In this document: piece by piece, positions 20,542 to 27,986 of the stretch
How the letters are laid out: every line of letters starts with the position of its first letter
Numbering within the stretch: the stretch's first letter is position 1
IMG/VR virus record: IMGVR_UViG_3300021426_000005
Source of the DNA: a virus
Lineage: Duplodnaviria; Caudoviricetes
Direction: 5' to 3' (one strand)
Length of the DNA stretch: 64,000 bases
The notes under the pieces: model-generated
Told to the model about the DNA's origin: nothing
Database searches by the model: none
The model's input: only the letters and a program-made list of their open reading frames with translations
Position numbers and translations under genes: made by a program

Positions 20542-20577
20542 AAAAAATAAAGGTGGCTATTATTTAGCCACCTTTGC
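20542..20577 (-). terminator. Intrinsic terminator ending the accessory operon
   Basis: AAAGGTGGCTA...TAGCCACCTTT stem followed by a T run on the - strand. Confidence 0.75.
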
Positions 20578-20582
20578 AAATT

Positions 20583-20888
20583 TCACCAATCAAATCTTAT
20601 CTTATTCACTTCATCAATCATTTTGTGTATTTCTTCTGGCGTTTCCACCACGAAGAAATGTCCCGCATCAACTCCCATATGAATAATAGAATAGTGTCCC
20701 TCGTCTTCTGAATTTGGGTTAGGTACTATAACAGATATGTGAGATGGGTTGACAAATATAGTGGATTGGTTCTTACGAATATTTACATGAAGTTCAATAA
20801 ATCTTGCCTGCTGCGTTCTTATAAGATCAATAATGTTAAGATTAAGATTATGAATTTCATCTTGTATATTAATTTCATTTTCATTCAT
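20583..20888 (-). CDS. FlbD-like small protein
   Basis: FIEL...IFVNPSHISVI...FFVVETPEEI pattern; start reassigned to the AGGAGG RBS. Confidence 0.5.
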   Translation of the reverse strand: MNENEINIQDEIHNLNLNIIDLIRTQQARFIELHVNIRKNQSTIFVNPSHISVIVPNPNSEDEGHYSIIHMGVDAGHFFVVETPEEIHKMIDEVNKIRFDW

Positions 20889-20954
20889 AATTATATCCTC
20901 CTTATTTATGTCCGTATGAACTATGGTGTTTTTATGGTACATACTTTTGTTTCA

Positions 20955-21287
20955 CTATTCCAACCTTTTAACAAATACATGATCAGTAACATCAGTGTCA
21001 TATAAATGTATGTACATTGTCGTACCGTGAGTTGACCCAACACCGAGATATGTAAATTCAACCATATTTAAGCCGGATGCTGAACATATATAACTCGGAG
21101 ACAATGACAAAGGTCCTATGTAGTTAAACGGATCGTAAACAACAAATATACATAAGTTTCCACTAACAAACTCCGAACAAAAACCAGTATGTTCCTTAAT
21201 GTCCCCTGAATCACAGTCCATTCTTATAGTATAGCACTTTCCGGGAACAACATAGCCGGGTTCAAGTACTGAATGGAAGTCACTCAT
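20955..21287 (-). CDS. Hypothetical protein
   Basis: Start reassigned to MSDFHSV; shares its leader sequence with the previous gene. Confidence 0.5.
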   Translation of the reverse strand: MSDFHSVLEPGYVVPGKCYTIRMDCDSGDIKEHTGFCSEFVSGNLCIFVVYDPFNYIGPLSLSPSYICSASGLNMVEFTYLGVGSTHGTTMYIHLYDTDVTDHVFVKRLE

Positions 21288-21442
21288 AATTACACCCCTC
21301 TCATTTATACCAGTATGAACTATGGTAGCCCATTTCTGGAACTGATTTACTTTCTCTTGTTGTACAGCTATCACCTATAAAACATAGAATGATTATTGCT
21401 ATAGCAATCAGACAGATTTTCAATTTTGAGTATTTCATAAGC

Positions 21443-21658
21443 TCATTCTGGTTTATATAGACTTGTGCTTGTTGGGTAAACATGACCTTGTGCTGCGAAT
21501 ATTCTTTTTACAACCCCTCGTTTTGTGGTTTGTAGGATAATGAGACTTGTATCTGGATATTTTTGACGGATAGCAAATTGAAGTTTTGCTATTCTGGCGT
21601 CCTTATAATGCCTATGTCCCATTCGGATTTTCATTTTCTTCTTAATGCGTTTATTCAT
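21443..21658 (-). CDS. Basic hypothetical protein
   Basis: MNKRIKKK start with GGAGG RBS. Confidence 0.55.
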   Translation of the reverse strand: MNKRIKKKMKIRMGHRHYKDARIAKLQFAIRQKYPDTSLIILQTTKRGVVKRIFAAQGHVYPTSTSLYKPE

Positions 21659-22122
21659 ACGTCCTCCTTTGGTTCAACTATTGCTCTAATCTTACTGATT
21701 GTTTCGGACACACCAGCACTACTATTCACAAAGTCACATACGAAATCTCTCAGATCGTATTCGTAATCTTGACGTAACCATTCATTGAAGTCTTTGATCT
21801 CCTTATTTGTGAATGTAATTCTTCTATCTTCATAGATACTCACTATCATCCTTTTGAGCACTTCAAATATAGCGTATACATCTTCTATGTATGATTCACC
21901 ATATCCACAGGATCTCCACAGCTTATCGAAAGCCCAATACGAACCAAGCTGACTTACCCGGAGATCAAAATTGAAGTGACTTTTCTTATTTCTCCGCATA
22001 TATGTAGTGAAGAATGATATATCGTCTTTAAGTAGCATTAGTTCTTCGTAGTAGCTATCCCCACAGAGTTCACGGGCCATAGATTTTACTTTAGCTAGAT
22101 TTAGTTCCGGATTCATATTCAA
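21655..22122 (-). CDS. Hypothetical protein
   Basis: ORF overlapping both neighbours. Confidence 0.55.
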   Translation of the reverse strand: MNMNPELNLAKVKSMARELCGDSYYEELMLLKDDISFFTTYMRRNKKSHFNFDLRVSQLGSYWAFDKLWRSCGYGESYIEDVYAIFEVLKRMIVSIYEDRRITFTNKEIKDFNEWLRQDYEYDLRDFVCDFVNSSAGVSETISKIRAIVEPKEDV

Positions 22123-22567
22123 CCCTCCTTAAAAGTGAATTTACTTCGTCTAAATGTTCCCACTTCCAAGTACAATTCGCACAATCATTAAAAGGCGTAG
22201 AACAATGTTCACAAGTTTGACAACTATGGTCAGCACAATCGGTGACTTCACTAAGTATCTCGACAGCTGACTTCAAGCAGGATATCGCTGTATTGAAATC
22301 TTTAGAAATTTTTGCACAAGTTGCATTGCTTTCCGCTATCAGCTTCTTTGCTGAAGCTAATTCTTCGCTCATGGCATCCATACAAACCATATATCCACAT
22401 AAGAAAGTCATTACTTCTGTATCGGTATAGCCGTAAGTATTTTTGATCCGTTCAATGAAACCTTGCAACTGAGTATGAATCTCATTCGCAGATAGTATTT
22501 TTGTATCCATATCATCACTCCTATTCTTTATCGAATTCAGGCAACTCAAGATCAGATATTGCATCAA
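22091..22567 (-). CDS. Hypothetical protein with a Cys-rich C-terminal module (start probably MDTKIL)
   Basis: LKSAVEIL...CQTCEHC...CANCTWKW; C-terminal module shared with the genes at 27987-29270. Confidence 0.55.
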   Translation of the reverse strand: MMQYLILSCLNSIKNRSDDMDTKILSANEIHTQLQGFIERIKNTYGYTDTEVMTFLCGYMVCMDAMSEELASAKKLIAESNATCAKISKDFNTAISCLKSAVEILSEVTDCADHSCQTCEHCSTPFNDCANCTWKWEHLDEVNSLLRRVEYESGTKSS

Positions 22568-22988
22568 ATACAGAACTGAGCTCTTTCAGCATCTGATATT
22601 TCTTAGTGAAAGCATTAAGCTCTGAATATGCAGAAGCAAGAAGTTCAGCATATTTGTCTTTGTGCTTCACTATAACATCTATACGTTCATATGTTTTATT
22701 TTCTGATGTAGGAAAGTAAGCCCTTATCGGAACTGCTTCTGATTCTTCTGTTTCTGGAACAACGCAGAGCATTCTGATGATCTGTCCAGCTTGATGAACT
22801 CTATATTTCTCAGCTGCAACGTCATCATTCCACTCAAATTCGTCATGCAACACTGCTCCAGCATCTCGGTTTGCTTCTAGAAGTGTTTTCGGCGTAAGCC
22901 CTACTGTATCTTCTAAAGCCTTAAACTGAGCTGCCGCAAGATTGGGATCTGCTTTGATCCCTGAGATTGATTTCCATTTATATACCAT
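22521..22988 (-). CDS. Conserved phage protein; accessory gene of the RAMP + GGY-NN array locus
   Basis: LTP..LL.A......LH.EFEWNDD.AAEKYR..QA..IIR motif; starts ~30 nt after the array, AGGTGG RBS. Confidence 0.7.
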   Translation of the reverse strand: MVYKWKSISGIKADPNLAAAQFKALEDTVGLTPKTLLEANRDAGAVLHDEFEWNDDVAAEKYRVHQAGQIIRMLCVVPETEESEAVPIRAYFPTSENKTYERIDVIVKHKDKYAELLASAYSELNAFTKKYQMLKELSSVFDAISDLELPEFDKE

Positions 22989-23015
22989 TTTGCACCACCT
23001 TAAATTAAATATTAT

Positions 23016-23693
23016 GCCTGACCTGCCATACCTTACCTTACCTCACCAAACCCCACACAAACAGAACATACCTTGCCTGCCACAATGGACCTCACCTAAA
23101 CTTGACTCGCCCTGCCGCAACCGACCTTACCTGCCATATCATGCCTTACATCACCATGACTCCCTAACCCAACCTTGCCTGCCGTACCTAACCCCAACTT
23201 AACGGACCGGACCAAAACGGACCTCACCTTGCCTGCCGAAATAGACCATAAGATACCACTCCGCACCCGAACTCACCTTGCCTGCCGTACTATACCATAT
23301 CCAACACTACCACGCCTTAACTAACCAATCCACTCCTGCCACAACATAACTCACCATACCTTAACATAACTCACCACACCTTAACATATGTCATCCTACC
23401 CTACCGTGCCTGCCATACCAAACCCTACACAACCGCACCATAGCACAACTTACCTTGCCTGCCAAAACCTACCACAACTTGACTAACCAAAGCGGACCAC
23501 ACCGAACCAATCCTGCCTCACCAAGCCAAGCCGGACCTAACCCCACCTTTACATACCTCGCCTGCCAAATCAAGCCAAGCCTGAACATACCGTACCTTAC
23601 CACACCACACCAAACCCCAACCCACCAAGCCTGCCCTAACAAAACCTACCACAACTTAACTAACCAAACCTCACCTAACCATCCACGCCTGCC
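23016..23693 (-). repeat. Non-coding array of 12 units GGCA-(GGY-NN)9-14; putative guide-RNA array (VIPR-like)
   Basis: CCTGCC anchors (+ strand) at 23022, 23076, 23130, 23178, 23232, 23281, 23335, 23409, 23458, 23512, 23561, 23630, 23688. Spacings are 54,54,48,54,49,54,74,49,54,49,69,58 (10 of 12 equal 5n+4). Interiors are NN-RCC pentamers. Confidence 0.9.
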
Positions 23694-23702
23694 ATAATCA
23701 GA

Positions 23703-23730
23703 GTAAAGGTAGAAATCAATCTACCTTTAC
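23703..23730 (-). other. Perfect 11-bp hairpin at the RAMP gene/array junction
   Basis: GTAAAGGTAGA-N6-TCTACCTTTAC; the stop codon lies in the loop. Confidence 0.75.
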
Positions 23731-24399
23731 ATGATACATACCGAATTGACCATCACACTCAGGTCTCCACTCGCCTACTCCGCAAACAAGACCTCCGGCG
23801 TTGATCATGTTAATGATGTTTTCCAGAGAATATGTGCCGTTATCATTGTACTTGAGTCTGAATGTAGCTGACCAGTTGCGGAATTCACCACGGTAACGGA
23901 TATCTGCTGTACCCATGCCGATTCTTACCATATCCTCCCTCATTATAGGAGTGTCAGATTCGATTTTCAGCATATCATCGTAATCACTTTCAATGAAGAA
24001 AGCACCTCTGAGCTCGGCCTTAGACTTTGACCAGCCCATACGATATGCGGCTGAAATAGCCGCCTGTTTGAATGCTGTGACAGGAAATCCGAATGTAGCC
24101 CCAGCTTCGATAGCCTTCGTAAAGGCATTCTCGCATTCTTCCTCAGAAGCACCGTCTGCCAGATCAGGCTTATTTGAAAGCCAGTACATGGACTGAATAA
24201 AGTCATCTACCGGATTCTTAGCAGCCTTCTGCTTTCCCTTGGCTTTGCCCTGCTGTGCTTCCAGCATCATACGCTTCGCTTTCTCAGACCAGGCGTGCAT
24301 GATGAGGGGTGAGTCTCCTACCAATGTGACTTCTACCGTCTTCATCTTGATAGGTCTGATCTCTACTACCTCTGATTTTGTTGTCTTTGTGGTTGCCAT
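23716..24399 (-). CDS. Solo Cas7/Csm3-like RAMP-fold protein (putative RNA-guided effector)
   Basis: VTLVGDSPLIMH (beta1 + SPL), GFPVTAFKQAAISAA (P..s.KG helix), RGAFFI, REDMVRI thumb, RYRGEF..W.ATF, and a C-terminal Gly-rich loop GVGEWRPECDGQFG. Confidence 0.75.
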   Translation of the reverse strand: MATTKTTKSEVVEIRPIKMKTVEVTLVGDSPLIMHAWSEKAKRMMLEAQQGKAKGKQKAAKNPVDDFIQSMYWLSNKPDLADGASEEECENAFTKAIEAGATFGFPVTAFKQAAISAAYRMGWSKSKAELRGAFFIESDYDDMLKIESDTPIMREDMVRIGMGTADIRYRGEFRNWSATFRLKYNDNGTYSLENIINMINAGGLVCGVGEWRPECDGQFGMYHVKVD

Positions 24400-24461
24400 A
24401 ATAATTTCCTCCTTGATAAATTTAGATATGTTTTGATAAGATATAAATTATCTTTCATATA

Positions 24462-25076
24462 CTATAACGACTTATCGTTCTCACTTTCCGATTTCTGGAT
24501 CTGATTATATATGTAAAGATAAAAGAAGTTGTCAATTGTATTACCAATAAGTGCCAATACGAACAAAGTTCTCAGGTTAAATGAAAACACCAATGCTAAT
24601 GCTGTACCTAATATCGTAGCTCCGGAACATATACTATTAGCATTGTTATCATATCTTTCTCTGAGTTCCTCTGTCGGATTTACCTTAGCCCGCATCTTGA
24701 TATTACCGCAACATAGGTTTCTGGTTATGATTGCAAATATCAATACGTTCAGCACAAAATAAAATTTTAGATCATTTCTAATTATCACATCTGCGAACAA
24801 TATAATATCGAATATGATCTCCAACAGCAGGATCTGTCTATAATAAGAAAACAGCTTACTACTGTACTTGTTCCATAATGTACCGAATATAATGGTTGAT
24901 ACACAAGATACTATCTGCTCAAATCCGATATATCCTTGAGTAACACACTTCATAAGCTCCGCATATATGTAAGGATAAGAAGCTGAATAGAATAATGTAC
25001 TTATCAGATTTGCAAGCAACATCAAATTTGATAGTCGCCTATAGTTGACTTTATTCATACCAACCGTCCGGATCAT
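24462..25076 (-). CDS. Membrane protein, half-MFS-like
   Basis: About 6 hydrophobic segments. Confidence 0.55.
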   Translation of the reverse strand: MIRTVGMNKVNYRRLSNLMLLANLISTLFYSASYPYIYAELMKCVTQGYIGFEQIVSCVSTIIFGTLWNKYSSKLFSYYRQILLLEIIFDIILFADVIIRNDLKFYFVLNVLIFAIITRNLCCGNIKMRAKVNPTEELRERYDNNANSICSGATILGTALALVFSFNLRTLFVLALIGNTIDNFFYLYIYNQIQKSESENDKSL

Positions 25077-25305
25077 AGTTACAGATATTGCTTGTTGATG
25101 ATTCTGTGGTATGTCTGGTCAATTCAACGTTCAATGCCTGCCAGAAATCGGAATCTGGATCTATGAAATCAGATAACCAAGGGACAATATCCCTTGGCTG
25201 AGGTGTGCTCCCTTTTCTACCGAGGTATCCCCCGAAATATATCTGGTGCATTGCTTCTTCAAAGTCAGCATCACATAATGTCTGCATAAATTCTCTGTTT
25301 GTCAT
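25051..25305 (-). CDS. Hypothetical protein
   Basis: MTNREF start, AGGAG RBS. Confidence 0.5.
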   Translation of the reverse strand: MTNREFMQTLCDADFEEAMHQIYFGGYLGRKGSTPQPRDIVPWLSDFIDPDSDFWQALNVELTRHTTESSTSNICNYDPDGWYE

Positions 25306-25317
25306 AAATGATCTCCT

Positions 25318-26148
25318 TTATAGCAGTATTGCTTGATCTGCACTAATTTTACCGCACGGTGTATCATAGCTGACTTCTTTCATCACCTTGGGGCTATAAT
25401 AGCCAGATCCGGTATCATAGTGGTTTTCATAGTATTCTAACGCTTCTTCTTCTGAGCTTGCAGCAACCACAGCATAGCCGCTGTAACCACCTATAGTAGA
25501 TCCGATTTCCGGATCTATATACAATGCAACCACATATTTACGAATGGGCGAGGGTACTGATGGCTTATACCCATTGGAAATCTTAGCATATGCGTGAGAA
25601 GATTCAAAATCAATAGCTGATTTCAAGCCAGCTACAGCTTCATTAACTGTATTTCCAACAACACACTCACAGTTACAATCCAGAATACCCTTCTGCCAAA
25701 ACTCAGCACACGAAATATCATCACCAGTCACATCTTCCGGTACACATTCTGGGTAGCAATTGAATGCTATATACGCTCCACCGGAATAAACACCACCATA
25801 TCGGTCTTTGATGATTGTAAGCGGATATATACCACTACAATCAACAGGCTTTTCTGATGATGGGGTTACAATGCCCCACTTTTGCATATATGGGGTAAGG
25901 TGCTCATACATCAACTTCAGAAAATCCTTGGCTGAATCAGCACACTCTTTCACACTTGCCTGGTAAGTGTCCTCTCTACAAGCTACACGGATATAGTTAT
26001 CGATCATGCGACTTGTGAGTTCTTTCCATTCTTCCAGGCTGTCAAGCGATTTTGCATCATAGTTCGTTTCACCGATAGGACTGATTGATCCGGTCAGCCT
26101 TTCAAGGACACCGAACATATCATATGTTTTACTCATTATCTTCACCAC
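25318..26148 (-). CDS. Hypothetical multi-module protein
   Basis: 276-aa ORF; IYPLTIIKDRYGGVYSGG module. Confidence 0.55.
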   Translation of the reverse strand: MVKIMSKTYDMFGVLERLTGSISPIGETNYDAKSLDSLEEWKELTSRMIDNYIRVACREDTYQASVKECADSAKDFLKLMYEHLTPYMQKWGIVTPSSEKPVDCSGIYPLTIIKDRYGGVYSGGAYIAFNCYPECVPEDVTGDDISCAEFWQKGILDCNCECVVGNTVNEAVAGLKSAIDFESSHAYAKISNGYKPSVPSPIRKYVVALYIDPEIGSTIGGYSGYAVVAASSEEEALEYYENHYDTGSGYYSPKVMKEVSYDTPCGKISADQAILL

Positions 26149-26347
26149 CTAAACTTGTCTTTTTGACTACATAAGCATTTATCAGCTTGTGCATACAGCA
26201 ATATGGGGTCTTAGCTGCGGTATCTCCGCTGGAATAGTATACAAAAGCTCCGTCTTCTGTAAGCCGTTTTATCTTACCGATTTCATATTTATCGCCGTTT
26301 TGGTAAATGATATACTCACCCACCTGAAAATCATTGTTCATCAACAA
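26129..26347 (-). CDS. Small SH3/KOW-like hypothetical protein
   Basis: FQVGEYIIY...EIGKIKR. Confidence 0.5.
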   Translation of the reverse strand: MLMNNDFQVGEYIIYQNGDKYEIGKIKRLTEDGAFVYYSSGDTAAKTPYCCMHKLINAYVVKKTSLGGEDNE

Positions 26348-26801
26348 TCTCCCTTTCTTTAAGTGTAGTTATGACATTAGACACTGCCTGCTCTGTTATT
26401 GTTGGGATTGGGACATAGTTAGGATTATATCTTATAACAACAGCATCATAGGATTCTTTCATGATGTCGGACCCGGATAGCTCATATAGATCTGAAATCA
26501 CATCTTGCTTAGGTAGATCAAGAATGGAAGAAAGAAATTCTGTAGCTACCTCAAGCATCTTTATAACTGCTTCAAAATCAGCATTAACGGCTTGTTGAGA
26601 AGTATAAATCACTTCTGTATCCGTCACAATTTTATTACCATATCCACATGGGGTAGAGTATACTACTTCATGATTCACCATCCGCCACCTCACTTTGAAT
26701 ATCATCTGGTATCGATCTCGGAATGCTTGAAAAAGGCATATAGACCTTACGACCAGCAATAGAAGCAATGATTTGACAATATAAATCAATATGATTGTCA
26801 C
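26331..26801 (-). CDS. Hypothetical protein (start probably MVNHEV)
   Basis: ORF track; internal GAGGTGG RBS. Confidence 0.5.
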   Translation of the reverse strand: MTIILIYIVKSLLLLLVVRSICLFQAFRDRYQMIFKVRWRMVNHEVVYSTPCGYGNKIVTDTEVIYTSQQAVNADFEAVIKMLEVATEFLSSILDLPKQDVISDLYELSGSDIMKESYDAVVIRYNPNYVPIPTITEQAVSNVITTLKEREIVDEQ

Positions 26802-27057
26802 CGTACCATGCTAAAGCACGTTCAGGCAATCTTGCCTGATACTTCTTTTTCCTTCCAGGGCACCACTCTTTCATAGCATCCTTGCATGAAGGGTAAACGT
26901 CAAATCCGTTCGGATCATGCGATATCTCCAGCTTCTTATCGCCTATCAGTGCATATACCATAACTTTCAGATCCTCTTCGATCTGAGGAAGTATTGCTTT
27001 GTCTATATACACTCTGGCTTTGTATTTAAGTTCATCTGCCGGTTTTGTTTTAATCAT
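26668..27057 (-). CDS. Hypothetical protein
   Basis: ORF track; fits the operon packing. Confidence 0.5.
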   Translation of the reverse strand: MIKTKPADELKYKARVYIDKAILPQIEEDLKVMVYALIGDKKLEISHDPNGFDVYPSCKDAMKEWCPGRKKKYQARLPERALAWYGDNHIDLYCQIIASIAGRKVYMPFSSIPRSIPDDIQSEVADGES

Positions 27058-27074
27058 AGAAAATTCCCCCCTAC

Positions 27075-27974
27075 TTAAAGCTCCACACGAATACCTGTAA
27101 TTTCTTCAAAAACATCTGCATCGAAATTTGGAATATCCTTAACCGCAGCCTTTTCAGCATTGGTCATATTATCCCACATAAGACCACAAGCCGTTTTGAA
27201 ATCAACGGTTTTCAGATAGCCACCAGTTGTCTCGTGTTCAGGATGAGCCACTTTTTCTTCATCGGTCATGTTTTCACTATATATCCACCAGTTGTTTTCA
27301 TACTTCCAATTCATGGCTCTTACAGCAAGGAGATTATTGAAATCATCTCTGCTCATATTAGTAGGGTTATTGAAGATATATAACGGCTGTTCGATAGAAT
27401 TAAAGAAGCCTGTAGAATAATTAGTTGAGTTCCAGTTGCCGGAGTTGCGGTTGCCGGAGTTCCAGTTGCCGGAGTTCCAGTCGCCGGAGTTCCAGTTGCC
27501 GGAGTTCCAGTCGCCGGAGTTCCAGTTGCCGGAGTTGCAGTTGCCGGAGTTGCGGTTGCCGGAGTTGCAGTTGCCGGAGTTCCAGTTGCCGGAGTTGCGG
27601 TTGCCGGAGTTGCAGTCGCCGGAGTTCCAGTCGCCGGAGTTCCGGTTGCCGGAGTTGCAGTTGCCGGTACAATCTTTTCCTGTATTGGCTAAATCAAGAA
27701 CTTCGTGCCAAGCAAGTTCCTTGATAATCGTGATTTCATCTGTGACAGACTTATCATCTCTTGTCTCCGTATGACCAATAGCTTCTACTTCTGCAACCTT
27801 ATTATTGCTGTTGAAATCATAATAATTAAAACAATCAGAAATCCTTTGACAGAAGTGAAAACCTGCACCACACATCTCAATGTTACCATTATGTTTGTAT
27901 GTCTTACCAACTTTATACTGAAACCCCATGCAAGTCCAGTCAGGATTAAAAACCTTATATCCTTTAATTCCCAT
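27075..27974 (-). CDS. Pentapeptide-repeat (G[ND][CRW]NS)16 phage protein
   Basis: KGYKVFNPDWTC..FQY.VG...C..GFHFC N-terminal domain, 16 pentapeptides, conserved C-terminus (PNFDADVFEEITGI). Confidence 0.8.
   Translation of the reverse strand: MGIKGYKVFNPDWTCMGFQYKVGKTYKHNGNIEMCGAGFHFCQRISDCFNYYDFNSNNKVAEVEAIGHTETRDDKSVTDEITIIKELAWHEVLDLANTGKDCTGNCNSGNRNSGDWNSGDCNSGNRNSGNWNSGNCNSGNRNSGNCNSGNWNSGDWNSGNWNSGDWNSGNWNSGNRNSGNWNSTNYSTGFFNSIEQPLYIFNNPTNMSRDDFNNLLAVRAMNWKYENNWWIYSENMTDEEKVAHPEHETTGGYLKTVDFKTACGLMWDNMTNAEKAAVKDIPNFDADVFEEITGIRVEL
27428..27667 (-). repeat. 15-bp tandem repeat x16 (GGC RAC YGS AAC TCC), coding
   Basis: Directly visible; encodes the pentapeptides. Confidence 0.9.
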
Positions 27975-27986
27975 AATTACTTCTCC

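Noticed and set aside
23016-23693. Canonical CRISPR array or simple microsatellite
   Set aside because: No 23-50-nt identical direct repeats or contiguous spacers. Conservation is interleaved every 5 nt and the NN positions are diverse.
23028-23693. Self-targets of the decoded dinucleotide strings within this window, including the late-promoter motif
   Set aside because: The one comparison I made (AA.CT.AC versus AACCTTAT) fails. An exhaustive gapped search cannot be done by eye, so no target is claimed.
22942-23697. + strand Pro/Thr/His-rich ORFs 22942-23202 and 23455-23697
   Set aside because: By-products of the C/A-rich 5-nt periodic array; antisense to every real gene in the window.
27421-27774. 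Alternative-frame repeat ORFs (RQLQL, SSCRS, PEFQL)
   Set aside because: Shadows of the 15-bp coding repeat in 27075-27974.
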